Shown here: piece by piece, positions 39,522-53,976 of the stretch
Numbering within the stretch: the first letter of the stretch is position 1
Layout of the letters: each line of letters begins with the position of its first letter
Assembly (NCBI GenBank): GCA_964016885.1
Contig: OZ024741.1
Location: forward strand, 70,742,001-70,806,000
Origin: Eledone cirrhosa
Taxonomy: Eukaryota
Length of the DNA: 64,000 nucleotides
Direction: 5' to 3'
Made by a program: the position numbers and the translations under genes
Notes under the pieces: generated by a model
What the model saw: the letters and a program-made list of their open reading frames with translations, nothing else
Databases searched by the model: none
Told to the model about the DNA's origin: nothing

Positions 39522-39558
<37 letters not shown>

Positions 39559-40029
39559 AGCTAAGCGAGAGATAGAGGGGAAGAAAGAGAGGGGGGGGGG
39601 GAGATAGTGGCTGACCGCAGCCCCCTCGTGGAGAAGCAGGAGGGTGAAGGGGTGGATCGGCTTTTTGACTTTCAAGTAGCATACTATATATATTTAAAGT
39701 AATTTATAAGTAGAATGGGGAGGATTTTGTTTTTTTTGTTTGAGAATACGATAGAATTAAGATAGAAGGTTATGAATGTTTAACAAGCGATTTAACAAAA
39801 AGCAAAACTGCAAGATTTGTTCTGTTCAATACGACAAAAACACCGTATTTAAACCTTAAATAGATAACAAAAAAATACAGATTTCGGATTTTGCGAGATT
39901 GGATGTTTGTTTGGACTGTGTACGGAATTGAGCGTGGAAATGGAGAGAAGGATTGTACTTTACGGTTTACATGAGTCCATCATAGAAATAATTGAAGCAG
40001 AGTGGATAAACATGAAGGAAAACTTATCT

Positions 40030-40070
<41 letters not shown>

Positions 40071-40539
40071 CTAAGCGAGAGATAGAGGGGAAGAAAGAGA
40101 GGGGGGGGGGGAGATAGTGGCTGACCGCAGCCCCCTCGTGGAGAAGCAGGAGGGTGAAGGGGTGGATCGGCTTTTTGACTTTCAAGTAGCATACTATATA
40201 TATTTAAAGTAATTTATAAGTAGAATGGGGAGGATTTTGTTTTTTTTGTTTGAGAATACGATAGAATTAAGATAGAAGGTTATGAATGTTTAACAAGCGA
40301 TTTAACAAAAAGCAAAACTGCAAGATTTGTTCTGTTCAATACGACAAAAACACCGTATTTAAACCTTAAATAGATAACAAAAAAATACAGATTTCGGATT
40401 TTGCGAGATTGGATGTTTGTTTGGACTGTGTACGGAATTGAGCGTGGAAATGGAGAGAAGGATTGTACTTTACGGTTTACATGAGTCCATCATAGAAATA
40501 ATTGAAGCAGAGTGGATAAACATGAAGGAAAACTTATCT

Positions 40540-40576
<37 letters not shown>

Positions 40577-41047
40577 AGCTAAGCGAGAGATAGAGGGGAA
40601 GAAAGAGAGGGGGGGGGGGAGATAGTGGCTGACCGCAGCCCCCTCGTGGAGAAGCAGGAGGGTGAAGGGGTGGATCGGCTTTTTGACTTTCAAGTAGCAT
40701 ACTATATATATTTAAAGTAATTTATAAGTAGAATGGGGAGGATTTTGTTTTTTTTGTTTGAGAATACGATAGAATTAAGATAGAAGGTTATGAATGTTTA
40801 ACAAGCGATTTAACAAAAAGCAAAACTGCAAGATTTGTTCTGTTCAATACGACAAAAACACCGTATTTAAACCTTAAATAGATAACAAAAAAATACAGAT
40901 TTCGGATTTTGCGAGATTGGATGTTTGTTTGGACTGTGTACGGAATTGAGCGTGGAAATGGAGAGAAGGATTGTACTTTACGGTTTACATGAGTCCATCA
41001 TAGAAATAATTGAAGCAGAGTGGATAAACATGAAGGAAAACTTATCT

Positions 41048-41084
<37 letters not shown>

Positions 41085-41555
41085 AGCTAAGCGAGAGATA
41101 GAGGGGAAGAAAGAGAGGGGGGGGGGGAGATAGTGGCTGACCGCAGCCCCCTCGTGGAGAAGCAGGAGGGTGAAGGGGTGGATCGGCTTTTTGACTTTCA
41201 AGTAGCATACTATATATATTTAAAGTAATTTATAAGTAGAATGGGGAGGATTTTGTTTTTTTTGTTTGAGAATACGATAGAATTAAGATAGAAGGTTATG
41301 AATGTTTAACAAGCGATTTAACAAAAAGCAAAACTGCAAGATTTGTTCTGTTCAATACGACAAAAACACCGTATTTAAACCTTAAATAGATAACAAAAAA
41401 ATACAGATTTCGGATTTTGCGAGATTGGATGTTTGTTTGGACTGTGTACGGAATTGAGCGTGGAAATGGAGAGAAGGATTGTACTTTACGGTTTACATGA
41501 GTCCATCATAGAAATAATTGAAGCAGAGTGGATAAACATGAAGGAAAACTTATCT

Positions 41556-41592
<37 letters not shown>

Positions 41593-42063
41593 AGCTAAGC
41601 GAGAGATAGAGGGGAAGAAAGAGAGGGGGGGGGGGAGATAGTGGCTGACCGCAGCCCCCTCGTGGAGAAGCAGGAGGGTGAAGGGGTGGATCGGCTTTTT
41701 GACTTTCAAGTAGCATACTATATATATTTAAAGTAATTTATAAGTAGAATGGGGAGGATTTTGTTTTTTTTGTTTGAGAATACGATAGAATTAAGATAGA
41801 AGGTTATGAATGTTTAACAAGCGATTTAACAAAAAGCAAAACTGCAAGATTTGTTCTGTTCAATACGACAAAAACACCGTATTTAAACCTTAAATAGATA
41901 ACAAAAAAATACAGATTTCGGATTTTGCGAGATTGGATGTTTGTTTGGACTGTGTACGGAATTGAGCGTGGAAATGGAGAGAAGGATTGTACTTTACGGT
42001 TTACATGAGTCCATCATAGAAATAATTGAAGCAGAGTGGATAAACATGAAGGAAAACTTATCT

Positions 42064-42100
<37 letters not shown>

Positions 42101-42571
42101 AGCTAAGCGAGAGATAGAGGGGAAGAAAGAGAGGGGGGGGGGGAGATAGTGGCTGACCGCAGCCCCCTCGTGGAGAAGCAGGAGGGTGAAGGGGTGGATC
42201 GGCTTTTTGACTTTCAAGTAGCATACTATATATATTTAAAGTAATTTATAAGTAGAATGGGGAGGATTTTGTTTTTTTTGTTTGAGAATACGATAGAATT
42301 AAGATAGAAGGTTATGAATGTTTAACAAGCGATTTAACAAAAAGCAAAACTGCAAGATTTGTTCTGTTCAATACGACAAAAACACCGTATTTAAACCTTA
42401 AATAGATAACAAAAAAATACAGATTTCGGATTTTGCGAGATTGGATGTTTGTTTGGACTGTGTACGGAATTGAGCGTGGAAATGGAGAGAAGGATTGTAC
42501 TTTACGGTTTACATGAGTCCATCATAGAAATAATTGAAGCAGAGTGGATAAACATGAAGGAAAACTTATCT

Positions 42572-42608
<37 letters not shown>

Positions 42609-43079
42609 AGCTAAGCGAGAGATAGAGGGGAAGAAAGAGAGGGGGGGGGGGAGATAGTGGCTGACCGCAGCCCCCTCGTGGAGAAGCAGGAGGGTGAAGG
42701 GGTGGATCGGCTTTTTGACTTTCAAGTAGCATACTATATATATTTAAAGTAATTTATAAGTAGAATGGGGAGGATTTTGTTTTTTTTGTTTGAGAATACG
42801 ATAGAATTAAGATAGAAGGTTATGAATGTTTAACAAGCGATTTAACAAAAAGCAAAACTGCAAGATTTGTTCTGTTCAATACGACAAAAACACCGTATTT
42901 AAACCTTAAATAGATAACAAAAAAATACAGATTTCGGATTTTGCGAGATTGGATGTTTGTTTGGACTGTGTACGGAATTGAGCGTGGAAATGGAGAGAAG
43001 GATTGTACTTTACGGTTTACATGAGTCCATCATAGAAATAATTGAAGCAGAGTGGATAAACATGAAGGAAAACTTATCT

Positions 43080-43116
<37 letters not shown>

Positions 43117-43587
43117 AGCTAAGCGAGAGATAGAGGGGAAGAAAGAGAGGGGGGGGGGGAGATAGTGGCTGACCGCAGCCCCCTCGTGGAGAAGCAGGAG
43201 GGTGAAGGGGTGGATCGGCTTTTTGACTTTCAAGTAGCATACTATATATATTTAAAGTAATTTATAAGTAGAATGGGGAGGATTTTGTTTTTTTTGTTTG
43301 AGAATACGATAGAATTAAGATAGAAGGTTATGAATGTTTAACAAGCGATTTAACAAAAAGCAAAACTGCAAGATTTGTTCTGTTCAATACGACAAAAACA
43401 CCGTATTTAAACCTTAAATAGATAACAAAAAAATACAGATTTCGGATTTTGCGAGATTGGATGTTTGTTTGGACTGTGTACGGAATTGAGCGTGGAAATG
43501 GAGAGAAGGATTGTACTTTACGGTTTACATGAGTCCATCATAGAAATAATTGAAGCAGAGTGGATAAACATGAAGGAAAACTTATCT

Positions 43588-43624
<37 letters not shown>

Positions 43625-44095
43625 AGCTAAGCGAGAGATAGAGGGGAAGAAAGAGAGGGGGGGGGGGAGATAGTGGCTGACCGCAGCCCCCTCGTGGAGA
43701 AGCAGGAGGGTGAAGGGGTGGATCGGCTTTTTGACTTTCAAGTAGCATACTATATATATTTAAAGTAATTTATAAGTAGAATGGGGAGGATTTTGTTTTT
43801 TTTGTTTGAGAATACGATAGAATTAAGATAGAAGGTTATGAATGTTTAACAAGCGATTTAACAAAAAGCAAAACTGCAAGATTTGTTCTGTTCAATACGA
43901 CAAAAACACCGTATTTAAACCTTAAATAGATAACAAAAAAATACAGATTTCGGATTTTGCGAGATTGGATGTTTGTTTGGACTGTGTACGGAATTGAGCG
44001 TGGAAATGGAGAGAAGGATTGTACTTTACGGTTTACATGAGTCCATCATAGAAATAATTGAAGCAGAGTGGATAAACATGAAGGAAAACTTATCT

Positions 44096-44132
<37 letters not shown>

Positions 44133-44603
44133 AGCTAAGCGAGAGATAGAGGGGAAGAAAGAGAGGGGGGGGGGGAGATAGTGGCTGACCGCAGCCCCCT
44201 CGTGGAGAAGCAGGAGGGTGAAGGGGTGGATCGGCTTTTTGACTTTCAAGTAGCATACTATATATATTTAAAGTAATTTATAAGTAGAATGGGGAGGATT
44301 TTGTTTTTTTTGTTTGAGAATACGATAGAATTAAGATAGAAGGTTATGAATGTTTAACAAGCGATTTAACAAAAAGCAAAACTGCAAGATTTGTTCTGTT
44401 CAATACGACAAAAACACCGTATTTAAACCTTAAATAGATAACAAAAAAATACAGATTTCGGATTTTGCGAGATTGGATGTTTGTTTGGACTGTGTACGGA
44501 ATTGAGCGTGGAAATGGAGAGAAGGATTGTACTTTACGGTTTACATGAGTCCATCATAGAAATAATTGAAGCAGAGTGGATAAACATGAAGGAAAACTTA
44601 TCT

Positions 44604-44640
<37 letters not shown>

Positions 44641-45111
44641 AGCTAAGCGAGAGATAGAGGGGAAGAAAGAGAGGGGGGGGGGGAGATAGTGGCTGACCGC
44701 AGCCCCCTCGTGGAGAAGCAGGAGGGTGAAGGGGTGGATCGGCTTTTTGACTTTCAAGTAGCATACTATATATATTTAAAGTAATTTATAAGTAGAATGG
44801 GGAGGATTTTGTTTTTTTTGTTTGAGAATACGATAGAATTAAGATAGAAGGTTATGAATGTTTAACAAGCGATTTAACAAAAAGCAAAACTGCAAGATTT
44901 GTTCTGTTCAATACGACAAAAACACCGTATTTAAACCTTAAATAGATAACAAAAAAATACAGATTTCGGATTTTGCGAGATTGGATGTTTGTTTGGACTG
45001 TGTACGGAATTGAGCGTGGAAATGGAGAGAAGGATTGTACTTTACGGTTTACATGAGTCCATCATAGAAATAATTGAAGCAGAGTGGATAAACATGAAGG
45101 AAAACTTATCT

Positions 45112-45152
<41 letters not shown>

Positions 45153-45621
45153 CTAAGCGAGAGATAGAGGGGAAGAAAGAGAGGGGGGGGGGGAGATAGT
45201 GGCTGACCGCAGCCCCCTCGTGGAGAAGCAGGAGGGTGAAGGGGTGGATCGGCTTTTTGACTTTCAAGTAGCATACTATATATATTTAAAGTAATTTATA
45301 AGTAGAATGGGGAGGATTTTGTTTTTTTTGTTTGAGAATACGATAGAATTAAGATAGAAGGTTATGAATGTTTAACAAGCGATTTAACAAAAAGCAAAAC
45401 TGCAAGATTTGTTCTGTTCAATACGACAAAAACACCGTATTTAAACCTTAAATAGATAACAAAAAAATACAGATTTCGGATTTTGCGAGATTGGATGTTT
45501 GTTTGGACTGTGTACGGAATTGAGCGTGGAAATGGAGAGAAGGATTGTACTTTACGGTTTACATGAGTCCATCATAGAAATAATTGAAGCAGAGTGGATA
45601 AACATGAAGGAAAACTTATCT

Positions 45622-45658
<37 letters not shown>

Positions 45659-46129
45659 AGCTAAGCGAGAGATAGAGGGGAAGAAAGAGAGGGGGGGGGG
45701 GAGATAGTGGCTGACCGCAGCCCCCTCGTGGAGAAGCAGGAGGGTGAAGGGGTGGATCGGCTTTTTGACTTTCAAGTAGCATACTATATATATTTAAAGT
45801 AATTTATAAGTAGAATGGGGAGGATTTTGTTTTTTTTGTTTGAGAATACGATAGAATTAAGATAGAAGGTTATGAATGTTTAACAAGCGATTTAACAAAA
45901 AGCAAAACTGCAAGATTTGTTCTGTTCAATACGACAAAAACACCGTATTTAAACCTTAAATAGATAACAAAAAAATACAGATTTCGGATTTTGCGAGATT
46001 GGATGTTTGTTTGGACTGTGTACGGAATTGAGCGTGGAAATGGAGAGAAGGATTGTACTTTACGGTTTACATGAGTCCATCATAGAAATAATTGAAGCAG
46101 AGTGGATAAACATGAAGGAAAACTTATCT

Positions 46130-46166
<37 letters not shown>

Positions 46167-46637
46167 AGCTAAGCGAGAGATAGAGGGGAAGAAAGAGAGG
46201 GGGGGGGGAGATAGTGGCTGACCGCAGCCCCCTCGTGGAGAAGCAGGAGGGTGAAGGGGTGGATCGGCTTTTTGACTTTCAAGTAGCATACTATATATAT
46301 TTAAAGTAATTTATAAGTAGAATGGGGAGGATTTTGTTTTTTTTGTTTGAGAATACGATAGAATTAAGATAGAAGGTTATGAATGTTTAACAAGCGATTT
46401 AACAAAAAGCAAAACTGCAAGATTTGTTCTGTTCAATAACGACAAAAACACCGTATTTAAACCTTAAATAGATAACAAAAAAATACAGATTTCGGATTTT
46501 GCGAGATTGGATGTTTGTTTGGACTGTGTACGGAATTGAGCGTGGAAATGGAGAGAAGGATTGTACTTTACGGTTTACATGAGTCCATCATAGAAATAAT
46601 TGAAGCAGAGTGGATAAACATGAAGGAAAACTTATCT

Positions 46638-46674
<37 letters not shown>

Positions 46675-47145
46675 AGCTAAGCGAGAGATAGAGGGGAAGA
46701 AAGAGAGGGGGGGGGGGAGATAGTGGCTGACCGCAGCCCCCTCGTGGAGAAGCAGGAGGGTGAAGGGGTGGATCGGCTTTTTGACTTTCAAGTAGCATAC
46801 TATATATATTTAAAGTAATTTATAAGTAGAATGGGGAGGATTTTGTTTTTTTTGTTTGAGAATACGATAGAATTAAGATAGAAGGTTATGAATGTTTAAC
46901 AAGCGATTTAACAAAAAGCAAAACTGCAAGATTTGTTCTGTTCAATACGACAAAAACACCGTATTTAAACCTTAAATAGATAACAAAAAAATACAGATTT
47001 CGGATTTTGCGAGATTGGATGTTTGTTTGGACTGTGTACGGAATTGAGCGTGGAAATGGAGAGAAGGATTGTACTTTACGGTTTACATGAGTCCATCATA
47101 GAAATAATTGAAGCAGAGTGGATAAACATGAAGGAAAACTTATCT

Positions 47146-47182
<37 letters not shown>

Positions 47183-47653
47183 AGCTAAGCGAGAGATAGA
47201 GGGGAAGAAAGAGAGGGGGGGGGGGAGATAGTGGCTGACCGCAGCCCCCTCGTGGAGAAGCAGGAGGGTGAAGGGGTGGATCGGCTTTTTGACTTTCAAG
47301 TAGCATACTATATATATTTAAAGTAATTTATAAGTAGAATGGGGAGGATTTTGTTTTTTTTGTTTGAGAATACGATAGAATTAAGATAGAAGGTTATGAA
47401 TGTTTAACAAGCGATTTAACAAAAAGCAAAACTGCAAGATTTGTTCTGTTCAATACGACAAAAACACCGTATTTAAACCTTAAATAGATAACAAAAAAAT
47501 ACAGATTTCGGATTTTGCGAGATTGGATGTTTGTTTGGACTGTGTACGGAATTGAGCGTGGAAATGGAGAGAAGGATTGTACTTTACGGTTTACATGAGT
47601 CCATCATAGAAATAATTGAAGCAGAGTGGATAAACATGAAGGAAAACTTATCT

Positions 47654-47690
<37 letters not shown>

Positions 47691-48161
47691 AGCTAAGCGA
47701 GAGATAGAGGGGAAGAAAGAGAGGGGGGGGGGGAGATAGTGGCTGACCGCAGCCCCCTCGTGGAGAAGCAGGAGGGTGAAGGGGTGGATCGGCTTTTTGA
47801 CTTTCAAGTAGCATACTATATATATTTAAAGTAATTTATAAGTAGAATGGGGAGGATTTTGTTTTTTTTGTTTGAGAATACGATAGAATTAAGATAGAAG
47901 GTTATGAATGTTTAACAAGCGATTTAACAAAAAGCAAAACTGCAAGATTTGTTCTGTTCAATACGACAAAAACACCGTATTTAAACCTTAAATAGATAAC
48001 AAAAAAATACAGATTTCGGATTTTGCGAGATTGGATGTTTGTTTGGACTGTGTACGGAATTGAGCGTGGAAATGGAGAGAAGGATTGTACTTTACGGTTT
48101 ACATGAGTCCATCATAGAAATAATTGAAGCAGAGTGGATAAACATGAAGGAAAACTTATCT

Positions 48162-48198
<37 letters not shown>

Positions 48199-48667
48199 AG
48201 CTAAGCGAGAGATAGAGGGGAAGAAAGAGAGGGGGGGGGAGATAGTGGCTGACCGCAGCCCCCTCGTGGAGAAGCAGGAGGGTGAAGGGGTGGATCGGCT
48301 TTTTGACTTTCAAGTAGCATACTATATATATTTAAAGTAATTTATAAGTAGAATGGGGAGGATTTTGTTTTTTTTGTTTGAGAATACGATAGAATTAAGA
48401 TAGAAGGTTATGAATGTTTAACAAGCGATTTAACAAAAAGCAAAACTGCAAGATTTGTTCTGTTCAATACGACAAAAACACCGTATTTAAACCTTAAATA
48501 GATAACAAAAAAATACAGATTTCGGATTTTGCGAGATTGGATGTTTGTTTGGACTGTGTACGGAATTGAGCGTGGAAATGGAGAGAAGGATTGTACTTTA
48601 CGGTTTACATGAGTCCATCATAGAAATAATTGAAGCAGAGTGGATAAACATGAAGGAAAACTTATCT

Positions 48668-48704
<37 letters not shown>

Positions 48705-49152
48705 AGCTAAGCGAGAGATAGAGGGGAAGAAAGAGAGGGGGGGGGGAGATAGTGGCTGACCGCAGCCCCCTCGTGGAGAAGCAGGAGGGTGAAGGGGTGG
48801 ATCGGCTTTTTGACTTTCAAGTAGCATACTATATATATTTAAAGTAATTTATAAGTAGAATGGGGAGGATTTTGTTTTTTTTGTTTGAGAATACGATAGA
48901 ATTAAGATAGAAGGTTATGAATGTTTAACAAGCGATTTAACAAAAAGCAAAACTGCAAGATTTGTTCTGTTCAATACGACAAAAACACCGTATTTAAACC
49001 TTAAATAGATAACAAAAAAAATACAGATTTCGGATTTTGCGAGATTGGATGTTTGTTTGGACTGTGTACGGAATTGAGCGTGGAAATGGAGAGAAGGATT
49101 GTACTTTACGGTTTACATGAGTCCATCATAGAAATAATTGAAGCAGAGTGGA
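33145..49152. repeat. Tandem array of 31 full units plus one partial unit of 506-511 bp
   Basis: Period read from the sequence and from recurring ORF coordinates (mostly 508 or 510). Visible differences are (GT)n and homopolymer lengths. Confidence 0.97.
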
Positions 49153-49179
49153 CATATATATATATATACATATATATAC

Positions 49180-49228
<49 letters not shown>

Positions 49229-49234
49229 CATATA

Positions 49235-49272
<38 letters not shown>

Positions 49273-49387
49273 TATACACATATATATACATATATATATA
49301 CACATATATATATATATACATACATATATATATATATATATACATATATATACACATATATATATATATACATATATATATATACAC

Positions 49388-49420
<33 letters not shown>

Positions 49421-49421
49421 T

Positions 49422-49468
<47 letters not shown>

Positions 49469-49493
49469 TATATATACACATATATATATACAC

Positions 49494-49524
<31 letters not shown>

Positions 49525-49684
49525 CAAATATATATATACAAATATATATATACACATATATATATATATACATATATATACACACATATATATATATACA
49601 CATATATATATACACATATATATAGATATACATATATATATATACACATATATATATATATATACATATATACACATATATATA

Positions 49685-50440
49685 TTAGAAATAAGAGGGA
49701 TCAGATGTTGTTTACTCGAGAGAAGGCTACGTTGGTACGGTCACGTGATGCGCACAAAAAACGACAGCTGTATAACAAAGTGCAGGGCAATAAAGATAGA
49801 CGGTAGCCACGGAGTAGGCAAACCCAGAAAAACCTGGGACGACATGATAAATTCCGACCTCACACGCTTACACCTCTCCAAGACAATGTCACTGGACCGA
49901 GACCTTTGGCGGTACTCAGTAATAGAGAAGACCCGCCTTACCTAAATACAAAGTAAAACCTACTACAGACAGTAGGCATCTCTATCAAAACACACCCCGT
50001 CCCACCACCCCCACCCCATCCACATCGCCCCTTTCAATGTAAAGTTATGTTGGTGCCACAACATCCAGGCTGAAACAAATGAGATCGTGTAGGTGTCACG
50101 ACAAAAAAACACACAGTCCACGCTGTAAATGTGGCCGTGTAGGCAACACGGTAAAAACCTCCCAGCCCCACACTGTAAATGTGGTTGGCGTTAGGAAGGG
50201 CATCCAGCTGTAGAAAACCCGCCAGACAGTCCACGCTGTAATGTGGCCGTGTAGGCAACACGGTAAAAACCTCCCAGCCCCACACTGTAAATGTGGTTGG
50301 TGTTAGGAAGGGCATCCAGCTGTAGAAAACCCGCCAGACAGTCCTATGCGAGCAAGACAACCACTCTTGCCTCAAGTGGGAAAACCCCCGTCCAAACCCA
50401 TGCAAGCGTGGAACACGGACGCTAAACCTTGATGATGATG
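49685..50440 (+). mobile_element. 5'-truncated RTE family A
   Basis: ..[19 protein letters not shown]; ~120-bp duplication in the 3'UTR; (GAT)n tail. Confidence 0.92.
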
Positions 50441-50744
50441 TATATATATATATATGTATATATATATACATACATATATATATAAATATACATATATACA
50501 TATACATATATACATATATACATATTTAATATATAAGAACAAAAGATGGTTAAAAGAGTTCCATGTATTTTCTTATGCGCATTTCAAAAACAAATATCAT
50601 CATGCAATAATATTTGTGTTTTCATCAGATAAAACAGGAAGACATGATATGATGGTTAAAAAACACTTGTGGATAGTGCAGTTTTAAATCAACATATATA
50701 CATATTTATATATATATACATACATATATACATATATACATATT

Positions 50745-50788
<44 letters not shown>

Positions 50789-50810
50789 CATACATATATA
50801 CATATATACA

Positions 50811-50990
<180 letters not shown>

Positions 50991-51003
50991 CATATATATC
51001 TAT

Positions 51004-53816
51004 CTAAGGCGGGTAAAATTCCCGAGATCCATGGACGAGTTCTCTCCAGCGGTCTCTGTCCCTCATTATCGCTGCCATATCCTGCAACTCCAACAGACCA
51101 GTGTCTGTACTTAGGGCATCAACATATGTTAACCTTGGTCTTCCTCTTCTAGTGTGTCCATGTAGGGGCTCCGAAAGGAGCACTGAGTGCAATGTCAACT
51201 CTGGATGTCGGTGAGCATGTCCAGCCAACCTCAGTCTCCTCTGTGTCACTTTTGAGCTGACTTTTGGGATGCTCCCATACAGCTCTGAGTTTTTCATCCT
51301 CAGTGTATACTGATTAATGTTCAGAGCCATCCTCAGCATTTTCGTGTAGCACCCATCCACCATTTGAGTGAGTCTCTTGGTCAGTGTCCAAGTCTCAGAC
51401 CCATACAGCAGCACAGACTCCACTACAGCAATGAAGAGGCGGATTTTCAGGTCTCTACGAAGGTCCGACTTCCACACCGATCTCACGCTGTGACACGCCG
51501 CCCAGGCCTTGCTCTTCCTCTCAACCACATCATCTTCCGTATTCCCTATCTTTGCTCCCAAATACAGGAAGTCCTCAACCAATTCCAGCGGCTTCCCGCC
51601 TACATTAGTGATCCCCTCTGGCTTCTCAACATTCTCTACCAGATATTTTGTTTTAGTCTCATTCATTCTCAGTCCCACACTCATCGACACAGTCTCAACC
51701 TCCCGCATCAAATCCTCTGCCTCCTTCACTGTATTTGTCACCAAAACTATGTCGTCGGCAAATTCAGCATCCGATACCTTTTTCGCCCCAACTCTCTTGC
51801 TCTGAGCCGGTGCTACAGTAAAGCCAGAGTCCTGGTGTTTCTCCAGTGCAAGGCACATACAATAGTCCACTACGATGATAAAAAGGTAGGGAGCCAATGT
51901 ATCTCCTTGGAGCACTCCAGCCAGTATCTCAAAGAACTCTGTCATCCCATCAGGTGTAATGACTTGGGCTTTGGTGTTGGCGTAGAGCAGCGATATCAGA
52001 TCCACTATCCTCTTGGGGATTCCATAAGCCTGTAAGATCTTCATCAGGCAGTAACGGTCCACAGAATCAAAGGCCTTCCTAAAGTCAATGAAAACCATGA
52101 CCGCAGGAAGGCACTTTGCTCTAGCTCCCTCTAATATCCTCCTCAGCATCAGGATGTGACTGGTGGTTGATCTACCCTCTCTGAAGCCGTTCTGGTTGTC
52201 CCTGAGCTTCTTCTCCATCTCAGGCTGGATCCTGTTAAGAATCATCCTGTTGAGGGTCTTTGCCACAAGTGACGTCAGTGAGATCCCCCGGTAGTTGTTG
52301 GTGTTAGAGAGATCTCCCTTCTTTGGCACTGGGACGATGTTACTGATCCTCCACTGATTCGGGGCAACTCCTTTCTCCAGTGCCCCGTTACAGAACCCCA
52401 GGATGATATCATCAAAATCACACCTCTTCATCACCTCTGATGCCACTCCATCTTCTCCATGAGCCTTGCCCTCCTTGATCTTCTTCTTGGCTCTCTGAAG
52501 CTCCTCTCTGGTGAAGGGCTCTGTCTCAACATCCAGTTCCTCAAACAGCCGCCTGATCTCCCCAGTGCTCTGGGCTGTGGAGGGTGGCTCTCCTAGTAGG
52601 GTCCTAAAATGGTCTAGCCATTTCCTCTTCCTATCCTCGGGCCCCGTTCCCTGGATCTGACTCGAACACCTTTTCTTCCTCCCTGTGATCTCGTTGATGA
52701 TCATCCAGCTCTCCTTACATCCAGATCTGTCAACCGCTCTCTCCACACTTCTGATCTTCTCTATCAGTGCCTCCTCTCTGACCTCAGTGTAAGGGGTACA
52801 GAGCTCTTCCCTCATCACCTCCACAGTCTCCATCCTCTCCTCCGTAGGATCAGCATAGAATTGGTCCCTGGCAGCTTTCAGGTGTTCTCTGGCTGCACAC
52901 ACTTTTGGGTTTGCAGAGCTGAAGTGCTTCCCTTTGTTCTTTTTCCTCGGCACCAGGGTTTCACTTGCTTTCGGCACCATTGGTGAAGTGCCCGTACCTC
53001 CTCGCCACACTCTCCTCAGTCCATCCAATCTCTCTCTCCTCTGACTCTCCACACAGAGCACTAAACCTGTTTCTCACTTCCACTGTGAACCTCTCCTGTA
53101 GCTTATCATCATCCTTTAAAGCTCCCCAGTCATAGATTGTTCTCCGGGGCTGAGCCTTGCTCTTTCTTAAGCTCACGCGGACCTCACTCATAACAAGCCG
53201 GTGGTCACTACCCAGTGTACTGAAATAGCTGTATGGTTCCGTGTTCAGAACACTATTCTGCCACTTTTTCCTCACCAGAATGAAATCAATCTGGGACTTG
53301 GACAGGTGCATATCTGAGATGTAGGTCCACATCTTCCCCAGATTCTTCCTAAACCTTAGGTTGGTCGCCATCAAGTTCGCCTCCAGCAGGGTGTCTCTCA
53401 GTAGTCTTCCATTTCGGTTGGTGTTGTTATGGAAGTACAAGCAAGGATCTTCACTGCCCTCCTTACTCAGATGTGCATTGAAGTCCCCCAAAACAAGCAG
53501 GATATTGTGTGCCTGAGTGGTGTTGACAGCTCTACACACCTCCTCATGGAACTCCTCGGCATTCACATCACTGTGCCCCTCGGTTGGACTATAGGCTGAG
53601 ATGACTGTCAGTCTTGGGTTTCCATTGAAGGTCACCCTCAACACTTGCGGGGAGATAGGCATTATTTCCCTCACCAACAGATTGGTTTTTGCACTGAACA
53701 CAAAACCCACTCCTCCTACTGCAGCATTTGTTGTGTTCTTCACTGCCGATGTAGTGATGAGCTGGCTCTTCCTCCTGATCATCACACTCCTCACGGGCTC
53801 ATCGTGTAGAATCCTG
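51004..53816 (-). mobile_element. 5'-truncated APE-RT LINE of a separate RTE-group lineage, frameshifted near 53000
   Basis: SAYSPT, LGDFNAH, SQIDF, GSDHRLV; NYRGISL, IDFRKAFDSV, GVLQGDTLAP, EFADD, RRLRLAGH, RGRP. Exact clade uncertain. Confidence 0.88.
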
Positions 53817-53863
53817 TATACATATATATATACATATATACATATATATACATATATATATAC

Positions 53864-53924
<61 letters not shown>

Positions 53925-53976
53925 CATATATATATACATATATATATACATATATATATATGTATATATATATGTA

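Noticed and set aside
33360-49126. Repeated 67-70 aa ORFs (MLLESQK../MKVKKPI..) as a gene array
   Set aside because: The frame changes with (GT)n and poly-G length, the ORFs run through microsatellite and appear to start at non-ATG codons, and no domain is recognisable.
33145-49152. CRISPR array, rDNA/5S, snRNA or retrozyme array
   Set aside because: No variable spacers, and I found no recognisable RNA gene or CTGANGA/GAAA hammerhead pair on either strand of the unit. A covariance-model search would be needed to exclude other RNAs.
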